A DNA stretch of 64,000 nt from Aplysia californica (taxonomy: Eukaryota), in NCBI RefSeq assembly GCF_000002075.1, contig NW_004797434.1, positions 650,423 through 714,422 on the forward strand. The letters are read 5' to 3'. Below, in pieces: positions 25,413 to 38,290 of this stretch (its first letter is position 1; each line of letters begins with the position of its first letter). A program made the translations under genes and the position numbers. The notes under the pieces are model-generated. The model did not search any database. It had not been told where the DNA came from and saw only the letters and a list, made by a program, of their open reading frames with translations.

Positions 25413-25780
25413 GTGGGTAGTTGGTGGGTGCTCTGGTGTGGTTTGCTCCTTGTTCCCTGTCAAATATCTATCATCCTTATCTCTTCTCTTTCTTTTTTTA
25501 TGTTTTTAGTTTAGATTTAGTAACAGTTTTACAGCACTTGCAACACAATAAGGTCATATAAGTGCCGAAGATTAGAGGTGTTACAAGAGAGTAACAAACA
25601 CAAAAAAGAAGGAGGGGAGATAAAGACGATAGACGTTTGATAGGAAAGAAGAAGCAAACCACACCAGAGCACCCCCCAACCACCCACTTTTTAAATGTTT
25701 GTTACTATCTTTTAACACCTCTCATCTATGGCACTTATATGACCTTATTGTGTCGCAAGTGCTGCAAAACTCTCACTTAA
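25413..25780. mobile_element. Family A copy (-) at 25503-25686 nested inverted within a family A copy (+)
   Basis: The 5' half (+) stops at the T-tract at about 25502 and the 3' half resumes at about 25687. Confidence 0.8.
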
Positions 25781-27423
25781 AAAAAAAATAAACCAAGACC
25801 AACACAGGCACAGGTTATCATCTGATGAAGAGGAACAGTGTCAACTTCTATAGACACACAGACAGATACTTAAATACAGTATAACATGGATGGGTGAAAA
25901 CAAAAGACTCGAAATCACACAACCGTCGAACTGTGCCTGTGGTCCCGTTTTTTTCTTCTTCTTCTTTATCTTTGTAAAATACTGATCGAACTACGGATCC
26001 CTCGAACTACCGAGGCCTGTCCCGACGAATTCGAGCTATCTGTGTAATACTGTAGTATATGCTTTCACACAGCCATGTAAAGACAAACATACTAATAGAC
26101 ATGTTGGCTAAGGCCAACACAGAGATTTATGATAACTGATCACTCAACTGTTTGTACATGAAAGTCTATCAAATACTTGAAGAGACCTTGTGAGGTAGTT
26201 GGGATCTTCACAATTTCGTTCACATTTTACAAGCCCACATTCCATTCCCCACTTTTGCCTCACAACAGCAAAATAGAACAAGAGTACACAGAGATCACAT
26301 TCCATTATACATTTCAAGGCTTTGCCAGAACAATGCTATATCATACCAATGTCAAATGAACCACAAAACAAAAGGTAAGGAGAGCTACTTGCTCTATAAG
26401 CTTCTACAGATGCTTGAACTTGAACAAATGACACCAACAAACAATTCTGAGTCTGCACTTTATCCGTGGCAGGCTCTCCAATAACACACAATCTACCAGA
26501 GTTTACTTCAGAATGATCTCTAGACTTTTAAAAAGAGATAAACATACAGTGGAGGCAAAGAAGCAACCCCAAAACCAAGCAATAGTGCTCCAAATTGTCT
26601 AATTTTGAAATAGATTAAGACTTAACATAAGCTGAAAAGAAGAAAAATGAGACAAAACCGATCATTTTGCAAGTTCGAGTAGCACCATGACATGAGCATT
26701 AGAGTTCATAAAACACTAAAATTTGCGCCATTTTGCAGGACTCCCTACTATATTACAAATGCATCTCTTTAAGGCTCTCAACTAATCCATTCCTGAAATA
26801 TTAACTCCCCTTTCAACACAGTAGGGCTAATACTAATAATGACTCTCCAGAATGTCCATCTCTGGCAGGAGCAAGCCTAGATGGGAAAAAACAAAACCCC
26901 CCCTCCCCCAAACAAACAAACTCATCATACTAATCATACAAATAGGTACGGAATTCTTCCAGGTTTCTCCAAAAAAGCAGTCCAGAAAGCCACCAACAGA
27001 GTAAACAATGCACCCACTCATTATTATGCCATAAGCTGACAAAACACCTTTTTTTCGATTCACAGAAGTTTCGAGATAGAGAGGCTTTTTGTTAGCATTT
27101 ACAAAAGGCCTTCTTCCGAAATTTGAATTCTAATTTATTAAAAACAACTAATCACAGTTTCACTTCACCTTTTTTCCACACAAGTAGGGTAACTGATCAG
27201 GTTTTTGATTTAGCACCCAAAAATAATTTGGTGCCAAAATGAAAAAAAAAGGCATTTTGACAGCTTACGGCAGTATTGTCCAGGGAAAAAGTGCATTTCA
27301 TAACATTAAACACAGCTGAAGAGCCAATTACCCATTCATTTAATAATAATAATAATAAATAGTATTTGTATAGCACATATTGCCGCTTGACAGCAAGCTC
27401 TATGCCTTTACATTATATTATCA

Positions 27424-30400
27424 TCATTCTTCCTCTCTGGTCAACCCATGCTTCTTTCTCAGATATCTCAAAGCTCTGGTCATATGTCTCACGTACTGGA
27501 TCTGGACCTGTGAGGTAATAAAATATGACGGCCCCAATGGATAAGCTGTATGGGGGTGACGGACAGGTGGGGCAAAAGCAGGAGGCTGGTAATACCCTTT
27601 TGAGTAAGGCTGGCTTTGGTAAGGTCCGGGAACACATCCGTACCATGGAAGACTTGAGGAGGGAGGGGCGGGGTGAGCTGGCAAGACAGGGGCGTAAGGC
27701 AACGCTTGGGGAAAGGTTTGAGGATATGGAAATGGATAGACAGAGGGATACAATGGATATTGCTGCATCTGTGGATAATTTGAATTTGGCACATAATCAC
27801 TTGGTCCTTGCATGGGCAAAGGGGCTGCGTAGCTAGGTTGTTGTGGCCATACTTGCCAGGAGGAATGCATGCTGCCGTAATACTGCTCAAAATGGTCAGG
27901 GGTTACATTTTCTACATCGCTACTACAACTTGAAGAATTTTCTTCACTAGACCAAGAGGAGACTGAAGATATTTCTTTAGAGTAATCTTTCAAATGACTC
28001 TTCTTTCTTCTCTCTGCTACGCTACTTCTCTCATGCCGCGGACCACTGGTTTTTACTTCTGTGCCCCTATACCGAGAATTGTCACCCCACAGATCAAGCA
28101 CTTGACGCTGTCGCGAGTAGTTTATTGATGAATTGTTCTCAGTGGAGTTATCTTTTCTTTTCGACCTTTCAGATTTACTCTTGGTGGGTGCCATAGGTTT
28201 TGAAAACTGAGCTACGTTACCATGAGACTTGTGACACACAGCATTGTCTACATGTGGCAGTTTTCTGTTATCAGAATGAGCAGTCTTTGACCGTTGTGTT
28301 GAGAGTACATTTCTTCCCTTCACACCATCCCTACTGTAGCCAACATTTCTAACTCTTTGAAGATCCTCAGCATATTTATTAGCATAACACTGAGGCGCAG
28401 ACTTGTCACTGATTATTTCATTGTCAGATGAATTCAAATCAGAAATGTCTGACGTTGAACTGAGTGTTACGCCTGACGTAGAGGAGGTGGAACCATCGGA
28501 CACTTCAATCCCGGCCAGTCGAGCCTCCGACTTGGATGGCTTTGTGGGAATGTCTGGTGTGTAGAAAATTGACGATCTTGAAGCTTTAAGGGAACTTTCT
28601 ACACTATCATCCTCACATCTTTCTTTTTCCTTGGCTTGAGAAGTTGCCTTGAAACTCTTCTCTGCTCCTAACTCCGTGTAGTTTAACATTGCTTTCTCAC
28701 TCAGGGTTATCTTTGCAGAGCTACAATTTTCCATTTTTTCAGTACCACCCACACGCGTATCTGAGCTACCACGTACTCTACCACCCCCTTCAAAACTTGC
28801 TTTAAAGCTGCTCTCACCAGTCTGAAGAGTCTTGTTTGTCTCCTTCACACTAGAATCCTGACTGTCGTTATCAGGACGCTGTGCATCCGACTCTGAAGAC
28901 ATCAACCCACTGCGGCTTTCACCGAGCGAACCTCTCTCACGTGAAACTGTGTCTGCCATCGAAGAGGGTAAATCCGTTTCCTCCTGACCACTAACTACTC
29001 TTAAACTACTATGATCTTTCGCAGCAGTTTCCACCTGTGATCCAGCCAGTCTTTTTCTTTCTTTCCGTTTTCTCAACATACTCTCATGCATCTGATCCAG
29101 TAACGCACACTCTTCATCCATTCCTCGTCTTTTCTCATTTTGGAAGTCGGCAGTGTCCTTGTGTTCCTTACTTTGAACTGTGCTCATTCCAAAGTCTTTA
29201 TCCACCTCACAAAGTTTGTTCTTGTCCATATCCCCAATTTTATCCTTTAAATCATTTACATTATCATCATCTTTCTCTTTTCCTTTGTCAATCCCCAGAG
29301 TCTCCCCTTCCAAAGATGAGTTGTCCTGTGGCACCTGAGATTTATTTGACGAACTAGACACACCAGGTTTGGTCCATCCTGGCCTCCTCCTTTGGTTGTC
29401 CTCCCCATCTCGCCAGTTCAAGCCCCCATCTTCAGAACCTTCTTCCTCCTTAGGTTTCCTCCAGTTGAGGGAATCTGAAGGTCTGCCTTTTCCTCCCTTC
29501 CCACTTTTCTTTCCTCTTGAAGAGGACCAAAATCCTTTCGTCCCCAAAGAATCATGAACATCAGATTTCAGCCCCTTGTCAGCTGACCCTGCTTTATTAG
29601 TTGATTTACGACCATCTGAATTATCAGCAGATTCGGAATCTTTTACTGGCAATTCAACAGTCTTTAATTTCTCATAAAATTGATTTTGTTTCTCCAGTAC
29701 TTTCATATAATCTTGTTGAATCATCCTCTCTAGTCTCTCATCAATTTGATTTTCTCTTAAAACTTTATCTGTGCCTCTCATTAAATGCAAGAAAGGATCT
29801 TGTTCCGCAAAATTATTACTGTCTGTTTCATCACATTCACCTCTCTCTTTTTGAAAATCATCAAAAGTCAACTGTTTTTTACCTGCTCCATAAAGTAAAA
29901 GAGAGTTAAATGCCGACCTTAATTTCCCTCTGTCAGCTTCTGTAAATTCATCGCAAGTTACGCTCTTGACAGAAATATTTGCACAGCTCGAATCAGTCTC
30001 CTGAGTGCCAGCATCTTGTGGCAAACATAAAGACTGTCCCCGGTTCTCCTCACAAAGTTGAAAAGTCTCAAGCGAGGACGATCCACTGTCTTGCAATTCA
30101 CCTTTCTCCTGCGAGCTACAAACAGTTATTAAAGAAACATTGCCATCTGTAAGACAGGAATCTACCTTTTTAGAGAGCAACACAGCCTGGTCATTTCCAG
30201 CATTGCTAACTTGTTCTTCACTGACCACAAGAACCCCAACCTCTGAACTCTGCGGAGGATTATTCTCACACACTGAAGAACCCTGCGGAGTTTGAGGATC
30301 TCTATCAAATTCACGGTCAACATTTCCCTCTTTGTTTGAAAGGTCTTGCACATTTGGAATCATTTTGTTTCTTTCGTCTACTGACACATTACTTATTCTA

Positions 30401-32219
30401 TTTTTTGTCTCCGAACTTCTCTCAACTTCTAAATGTGTTTTATTCCCCTCCACAAGAGAACAATTCTCCCCTTTTCTGACTTTCATTTCATTTCCATCCC
30501 CAGCATGTTTCACATCTTGATTCTCTTGTCCTTGAATTTGTTCACTCAAAGACTTCTCATCAGCCTTCATAGAGTGCATCTGTCGATACTCTTCATTGAT
30601 CTGTCTTAGAAAATCTGCCACAGCAAACGACCGAGGCATTTTTTTGTGCGGCTCCCATTTATTACTCTCTTTTGGTGAGGATTTTGGCAAATCCACCTTG
30701 CCTTCCGTGGTAGTCTGCTTCTGATCTGAGAGGCAAGCCTTGGGACTTTGTTCAGGACGTAAATCCTCTCCAACAGAAATGCCAGATTTGTCATCAGCAG
30801 AAACGCTGACCTCAGCCTCATCAGATGTGGCCTTGAAGATGACTTTACTGCTTTGTTCGTCAACTTGGGGCTTTTTGCTCAATACTATTTTCACAGATGG
30901 CTCACGTGTATCAGTGGACAGATTAAGGGCACTCTGAGCATTTTCATTTTCTGCTCCACATGAAAACTGTTTGGTTACCCTCTTATCCTCTGTATCAGCC
31001 GTGGAGCCGATCAATAACAAAGCTCTTGACTTGATCTGTTTCAAACCTTTGGTCGCATTCATGACTTGAGTAAGAATATCCTGAGAAAGTGTTTCAGAGT
31101 ACGACTCAACCTTGCTGGTTTCTTCTACATGATGGTTTGGGTCTGAATGTTTGTGCGAGTCTGTCACAGGAGAATCTTTTGATCCCACCCACCCACTATC
31201 ACTGACATCATCAAGCGTTGCACTTTTCTGCAGCTCACTGACCTCAAGGTTACTTTGAGATGCTGCATCCTCATCAACTTCTTCATGAGAAACACACAAT
31301 GACGAGGCAGCAGAGAGAACTGCATCTTTCTCAATTCCAGCGGCTACAGTGTCAATAAATCTAGCCACTTCCTCACAGCCGCTGCCACAGTTCTCTGCAC
31401 TCTCCGTGTCACAAGGGTTAACAGCATCGTCGCACACTCTGCCTGCCGCCCTTTCTTCATCTGTAAGCAGCAATGCAGTTTCTTGTATAGAAGCCCTATT
31501 CACCTCATTGGATTCTGCAGGTACACAAGGCGAGAGATCCACAGAAAAAGCGGTTGTTCCTTCCTCGCATTCCTTAACCGCTTCATCATTTGACGGAACC
31601 TCTGAGCCAGGATCCCTTGTCACTTTTGCACAATCCATTCCTGGCACCTGCGACTGACCAGTATTTTTATCGTCACATGTGGAACGGCCTTCCAAAACCT
31701 CTGCTGAAATCTCTTCCTCCAACACCACAGAAATTTGTTCAGCATCTACACATCCTTTGTCAACAGTTTCCCCATGATCACAACTCGTAGGACCACAGAT
31801 TTGTTCTTCTTCCGCATTGGTCGCCGCAGAACGATTATTAGCTTCAGTTTTGTGGACAGCTTTAGCGTTGTCTGTGACATTTTGTATCTTTGCATTACTG
31901 GTCAAAGCAGACTGATTGACAGCTTCAGAGCAGTCAGCGACATCTTTTGTTTTAGATTCATCAGATAATAAATCAGAGGAGCAGTTGGCATCAACCCTGT
32001 CCCCTCGTCCATCTCCATCCTCTTCAGCAACAACACTCATGGTAGCATTCCTAACAGTCCCTGCACCATCAGCCTTCCTCTCAGTCACAGGAGCAGCATT
32101 CACAGCGCCTGCCAGACTGTCAGGTGCTAACTCTGGGCGGGTGATGATCTGCTGAGTGCTGACCACATCTTCCAGGTTGACTGCCACAGGCCGAGTGGCC
32201 AGGTCATGGGGAATTGGAT
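27424..32219 (-). CDS. DDX20: DDX20 terminal exon 10, 4796 nt, about 1597 aa of low-complexity C-terminus
   Basis: Acceptor TTTCCCTCAG at 32220 gives DPIPHDL in frame with the 1587-aa ORF; ends in a Y/P/W-rich segment with QYVRHM, resembling the Gemin3 C-terminal motif; stops TGA TGA TAA. Confidence 0.85.
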
Positions 32220-33216
32220 CTGAGGGAAACCAAACGATTCATGTTTACTCTTCCAACTTTACAAAGGCACAGTTCAGTTCTCAAAATAATAATTTCTATA
32301 TATGTAAAAAGAGGTGTTATAAGTGATTCACATTTAAAGAATGATTAGTTTCTTCAAGAATTCATAAAGCACAAATTCAAAATCACAATACAATTAAAAT
32401 TAATTTTGGTATCAAAAAGCAAAAAAGACACTTCTCTCACTGACTCTTAATCATCGCAACGTTTGTGATATTTTATTTGGGCGATGTCCAATTTTCGTCA
32501 TCACACCCTCCACAATGTTAAAATTAAGGAAAGTTTTTCTCATTCTAGCAATACCCAACTTGAGTCCTGTGTGCTCTTATAACCTTATGCAGTTGCAAGC
32601 ACCATGAAATTCTAATAAAACAAGCTTAGTCCTACTGAAAGTCAAGATGAAACAGGTTCAAAATTAAGTGCAAGAATCCCCAAGAGCCCTTCTTTTCCCC
32701 CAACGTTTTCGTCTAACAATTCACATTTGCCTTTTGTGAACTTTAAATTTAAGTTGGTTGTTTTCACTTCAGATCACAGCAGGGCTTGGTCTCTCTTTGC
32801 AAAGTAAGAATGGTTGCAGTATACAAAAATACATAGTAAAAATTTAGATTAAAAAATGGTAGTTTGCATTAAAAAAATAGCACTATCGAAGTTTTGGAGT
32901 AAAGATCAATTTGGACTAGCTGGGTAATTATGACTCCTTCTGCATAATGTGCGTGATGGCTACAATACCTAAAGTACTGATCCTTTATAAACTGGGCAAT
33001 AAGGTTGAATCTTCTATGGCCTTCAGTGATTTATTTCAGTTGCAAGGACTTGATGACCTATTCACAGAAAGAAAGGCATATAACTATGGCATGTGCCTTT
33101 AATCCCTCTCTTGCTCTGCTAGAAAACAAAGCTACAACAGAACAAAACAAACTCATCATAAGATCGGATATTTCAAGTATGATGCACTGCATGAAAAGCA
33201 GAATTTCGCTACCCAC

Positions 33217-33318
33217 CTGGAAGTTTCTGGATGTGCGTCTTGCATTTCCTCTCCACGGCCCACAGTTCCTTGTCCTGACCCCCTGCGCTCACAACTGTGA
33301 TGGCTGCCCCGTAGCTAC
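33217..33318 (-). CDS. DDX20: DDX20 exon 9
   Basis: GSYGAAITVVSAGGQDKELWAVERKCKTHIQKLP; CAG acceptor, G|GTGGGT donor, phase 1-1. Confidence 0.88.
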
Positions 33319-33499
33319 CTGTAACAAATAAAGTAAAGCAGTACAATAAATGCGTAATAAAACCCCATGAAAGCAAAATCACTGCATGCAATATGAAATG
33401 TCTCCGAAAAACCCTAAACATCATGAGACGAGATAGGCAGAGAAATGAAGAAGTAAGAGCAGCTATTAGCACTGAGTCCTGCCTGCATTTCATAGAAAG

Positions 33500-33757
33500 A
33501 AAGAGAGAATAAAATGGGTTTGGCTCCCTGTTATGTATGTCACCTAGCCAGCCAGCCTCAAGAGCCTATAACACCAAGCACTCAGGCTATAAAGGAAGAG
33601 GAAGGCCACGCAAAAGGTGGATTGAGGGTGTCAAGGAAACCCTGAGAAATCATAATATCCCAACTGAAAGAACTGCGGAGCTGGCCTACCACAGAAAACT
33701 GCATCTCCCCTTGACTCTTAAAGGCAATAGAGGATAAAAAAGTAAAAGTAAAGTAAG
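33500..33757 (+). mobile_element. 5'-truncated RTE-like LINE 3' end
   Basis: GYKGRGRPRKRWIEGVKE motif followed by an (AAGTA)n tail. Confidence 0.75.
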
Positions 33758-34221
33758 TATTATATTCAGTCAGAATGAATGAAAAGTCAGCATGACAATG
33801 GCCGCATTTTGAGAAGAAAAAGTCATGCTAAAAATAACACTGAGAAACATCCACAAACAACACACTGTGAAATGTGCTACCTTCCAGTCAGAGAGTGTGT
33901 ATGTATGTGGCACCTGTGAGCAGCTATTTAAGCTACATTGTTGTCTTCTCTCATTTAATTTATACTCTACTTTGGCTACACCTTTATACATCCTTTCTCA
34001 GAGTATACAATAGGGAATTTTGGTAAATTATGGAAACCCCCCTCCCAATGAGTTCCTGGCTTTTGTTAGTCCCCCCAATAAAGATTTCCTCATTAGTTTT
34101 CACTCAGTGAACACAAATTCACAAACAATGCAGGATTGTGCCCATATAGGTACCATGTTCAACTCTCCAAAAACACCTCTCAGTACATTTGTCTTTCCTA
34201 GGTCTATCTGTGTCAAGAAAG

Positions 34222-34385
34222 TATAATAATAGAGAGCATTTGTATGGCGCAAATCCCCGCTCAACAGCAAGCTTTATGCGCTTCACAATCTATACTATTA
34301 CCCCAGCAGACCTAAGAGCATTCTGAAACAGCCTCAACTTCCTGGGAAGCACACAGTGCAGGCAGCCATTTATAGGCGCTAAAAC
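34222..34385 (-). mobile_element. SINE 3' part with an L2-type tail (TGTGAAGCGC...GCGCCATACAAAT..(ATT)n)
   Basis: Homologous fragment at about 27340-27420. Confidence 0.55.
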
Positions 34386-34730
34386 ATTAACAGGCTATGC
34401 CAGTGAAATTCTTTCCATTAACATTGTTTCTCTACCATGAAAAGACAAATACAGAACATCATCCAAGTTTTAAAGAGGAAATAGATATTGATTTACAACA
34501 TCAGGATTCACAACAACAGCAAATGATCTTAGCAGTTTGTTCATGTTTGAGTGCTTACTTGGCTACTTGCACTGTGTTCCTTAGGAAGCAGAGAATGTTT
34601 TTGAGTATCTAGGGTCAGCAAGGATAAGAATAGTTGTTCAGAGCACAAAGCATGGATATATGCGCTATATAAATAAATTATGTTAATATAAAGGTACAAA
34701 TTCTGAAACACACTGTCAGCACAAACTCAC

Positions 34731-34836
34731 CAAAGCGTCCTGCTCTGCCTATCCTGTGCAAATACGTCTCAGAGTCATGGGGAACGTCTAAATTGATGAC
34801 CAGGTTCACTTTGTCTGCATCTATTCCCCTTGACGT
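34731..34836 (-). CDS. DDX20: DDX20 exon 8 (motifs V, VI)
   Basis: [35 protein letters not shown]. Confidence 0.94.
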
Positions 34837-35974
34837 CTGACAGAGAAAGAAAGCAGAATGCTGAATCTTACAAACAAACAATTGCAACATTCTAGCATGC
34901 ATTTCTCAAATTAGATAAGATATAAGATAAAATAAATCATTATTATCCAGATGCTATCACATTGGTTTGGTGTTTCACCACTCATACACACACACCACAT
35001 CCATTTAAATATCCTTTCTTCCACACACATATCTGTACACTTAATCATATAATAGTATGCTTGCACTTAAATTATAAATGAACAATTATAGTTAACAATA
35101 ATAGTATTCAGCTAGATACATAATCGGTATTCTGATAGTAACCCATTGATATTCTGATAATACATGCTATAAAGGTCAAAGGAATACTTAGATGATTAAG
35201 ATGATAAGAGTTTAATGGATGGTGGTAAAAATGACCTTCAGTATCTTTCTTTTTTACAAATAAGAAGCATAAGTCTTTTACTTTTTATTGATGTTTTAAT
35301 TTGAGGGAACAAGGGATTTCGGTTGTCCGAAAGCAGGAATTGATTTTCCTTGTGTGACATTGTATAATTCACCAAAATAAAGGAATGCTGACGTTGAAAT
35401 TTTGCATGCTGTCTGTAAAGCAAACTGAAAACAAATCCATCCACCAAACGCCCTATAGTTGACAAAGACAGCAGTTATTAGTCAGAGGGATGCGCCAAAA
35501 AGACTGGAAGCAGTTTACGTCCCAATTGACACAACTAAGGTCATTTAGGAGGCAGGCTGCTTTTACCCAGCCTATCAGGGTCAGCCCGAGCAGTATGGGA
35601 CACAATATTTCAGCAGAATGATGGAGATACACAATAAAATACTCTCCCTAAGCATGAATATAATCTCTTGTCTTCAAGCGGGAGCACCATTAGCTCAGAT
35701 GCCATAGTTAACATCCAAAAACATTATTTTCTAATTTTTTTAGTAAGAGTTTCACAGCACTTGTGATACAACAAGGTCTTATAATATGAGCCAAAGATTA
35801 GAGGCGTTACAAGAGAGTAACAAACACAAAAAAATAAAATGGAAGACATATAATGATTATAGATGTTTGATAGGAAAGAAGGAGCCCACCACACAAGAGC
35901 ACCTGCCATCCACCCACTCAAGACATTCTTAAACTTAGATTGTATGAGTAAGCAAGATGAGGGGAACCACATAC

Positions 35975-36116
35975 CAGATCAGTTGAGATGAGGATGCGAC
36001 ACTTGTATGTTTTCAGCTGCTCCATGGCAAAAGTTCTTTCTTTCTGATCTAGGCAGCCAGCAATACAGGCCGTGGGCCAGTTCCTCATCTCCAGCTCTGA
36101 CTGCAAATTCTGTGCC
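35975..36116 (-). CDS. DDX20: DDX20 exon 7
   Basis: AQNLQSEL...CIAGCLDQKER...CRILISTDL; donor CTG|GTATGT. Confidence 0.92.
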
Positions 36117-36850
36117 CTGTGAGCCCCAGACAGAAGATTTGTTTTGTTTTGAGTAGGTGTTTTACGGTACTATTGATTCAGTTCGGTCATATAAGCGCCA
36201 TCAGACAAAAGAGAAAGAGAATTTAACTAATATAAAAAACAACATGGCTTTGGTTTTTCCCAGATTAAAATTTTTAAATTACAGAATCAATTGAATAACA
36301 ATTTCAAAACTGTTTGTCATCACAGTTATTACAGTCAGAGGGACGCACCAAAATGACTGGAAGCAGTTTACATCCCAATCAACACAATCAATGTCATCTA
36401 AGAGGCAGGCTGCTTCGACATTAAGTATAACTGGCATCAAAACACAAGAATAACCCCCATCCAAAAAAACAACAACAATGCTCTTTCCACTGTTTTGTTA
36501 TAGCAAAAGCAAAAATATTAACACTTTCATCATTAACCTTAGCACCGCTGTTTTCACTGCAAATCTATATGTAACTACACGTCAACCCATCTTACAAAAA
36601 CAGAAATCCCTTTCTTTTTACACATTATGAAAAGCCCAATATGCCCCCCCAAGATATCATCTTCTTCAACATTATAAGCTCTCTTTGCCAAAGGGCATAC
36701 CAGGAGGACCAGGCAAACTCAGCACCGTAAGATAAGATTTTTATTGATCTCCAAAAAGAGAAATTTACTGTGTGTGACATGGTAAATACATGCACACGCA
36801 CTCGTCAACACACAATCTCTCTTTTTTTTTTGGGGGGGGGGGGGGGGGTC

Positions 36851-37355
36851 AGTGTTTTACGACGCTGGCAACTGCATAAGGTCATATGAGCGCACACGAC
36901 ATATTAAACATTTTCAGTTGGTAGGAAATTTGGAGTTTTGCCCGCGTGACGGCCGAAGCCAACGTTTATCGCTTTTAGACCACCAAGGGATCTTTAATGT
37001 GCGCAACTTGCACACCAGACCTCCAAGATTTTTCGCCCTTGTCCGAGAAGGCTAGGTGTAGATCTTTCCAACCAGAAGATCAAGGGTGTGGCTGAAAGAC
37101 AGCAGTAAGGAGCCAAGGAGTAACCATAGAAAGGCTGCAGAAAGAGCTGGGAGCCCAGAGGAGGGGGCACAGGAGGTGAGGGGGTGGGGGCAGAAATTGG
37201 AAACAAAAGCAGACAACAGAACATTGCTAGAGAGCAGGAAAGGAGGTGAAAGGAGACAATTTCAGACAAGAAAATTTTTCGGTCGCTACCCAAATTCAAA
37301 CCCGGGACCTTTGAATGAGAGGCAAACACCTTAACCTCTAGACTACGAGAGCCCC
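36851..37355 (-). mobile_element. SINE family B copy
   Basis: Full length; TSD ACACAATCTCT. Confidence 0.85.
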
Positions 37356-37476
37356 CACACAATCTCTGTGAAAGTGTCAAAATGAGGGGCTTATCAAAAA
37401 ATACTATGATAGACTTTTTATCATAACAAGACTCTTATAAACAGATGTATCACAAAAGACACAAAAGTAAGCTTAC

Positions 37477-37615
37477 CGGGTCTGCATGTTGGAGAAAATG
37501 AGACACTGTTGGAAAGCCACTGTGTTCAGAATATTCAGGATCACATCAGTTTTGGCTTTGAACACAATATTGGCTAGGGGATGGTTGGGGACAACAACGT
37601 GGTACTGCTTGATGC
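37477..37615 (-). CDS. DDX20: DDX20 exon 6 (motif IV)
   Basis: Hand translation GIKQYHVVVPNHPLANIVFKAKTDVILNILNTVAFQQCLIFSNMQTR; canonical AG/GT, phases fit. Confidence 0.9.
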
Positions 37616-37963
37616 CTGTATGGGTTTAAAAGATGGGGAAGAGAAGTGAAAAGTAAGATTAAAGACAAAACTAAATAAAAGTGTAATCCACGCTGGAAAT
37701 TCTGAGCAGACACAAATAGCAGGTTGACAGTGCAAATGAAAACATGAGTGAGAGATCACAAATAAACACAACTACCCAAACAAATGTCACTTTGCACAGA
37801 GCCACGGGCTCAAGTACACATGCACTAATATCCATCTCCTCGCTTTGACTGGCTACAAGCACTTCAATTCTCTCACTCACTGCATTTGTTAAACTAGTGC
37901 ACATCCCACTTATCAGCTTTTATTGTTGATAACTAAATGCACCCAAATTCACCCACCAAACAG

Positions 37964-38141
37964 AATGTTTTAGTAACAGTTTCACAGCACTTGCAAAACA
38001 ATTCGGTCATTTAAGTGTTAAAGATTAGAGGTGTTACTAGAGAGTAACAAACACAAAAAAGCAGGAGGAGAGATCAGGACGATAGATGTTTGATAAGAAA
38101 AAAAGGAGCAAGCCACATCAGAGCACCCGCCAACCACCCAC
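37964..38141 (-). mobile_element. Family A copy inserted at +6 of the DDX20 exon 5 donor
   Basis: 13-bp TSD ACCCACCAA(T/A)CAG at 38142-38154 and 37951-37963. Confidence 0.85.
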
Positions 38142-38147
38142 ACCCAC

Positions 38148-38290
38148 CAATCAGGGCCGGGTCTGTGATGTTGAGCCGGACAAACGTCGGGTTCCTCATG
38201 TAGGAAGTCAGGTGATGAGCCAAGTACTCCGGGTAAGTGGCAGACAGGGCGAGGATCTGCTTGTTCTCAGGTAGACTTGAGTATATCCAA
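38148..38290 (-). CDS. DDX20: DDX20 exon 5 (SAT motif)
   Basis: [25 protein letters not shown]...[11 protein letters not shown]; donor G|GTGGGT. Confidence 0.92.

Noticed and set aside
27489-32155. Overlapping and antisense ORFs within the DDX20 last exon
   Set aside because: Shadow frames of the long ORF, with no recognisable motifs
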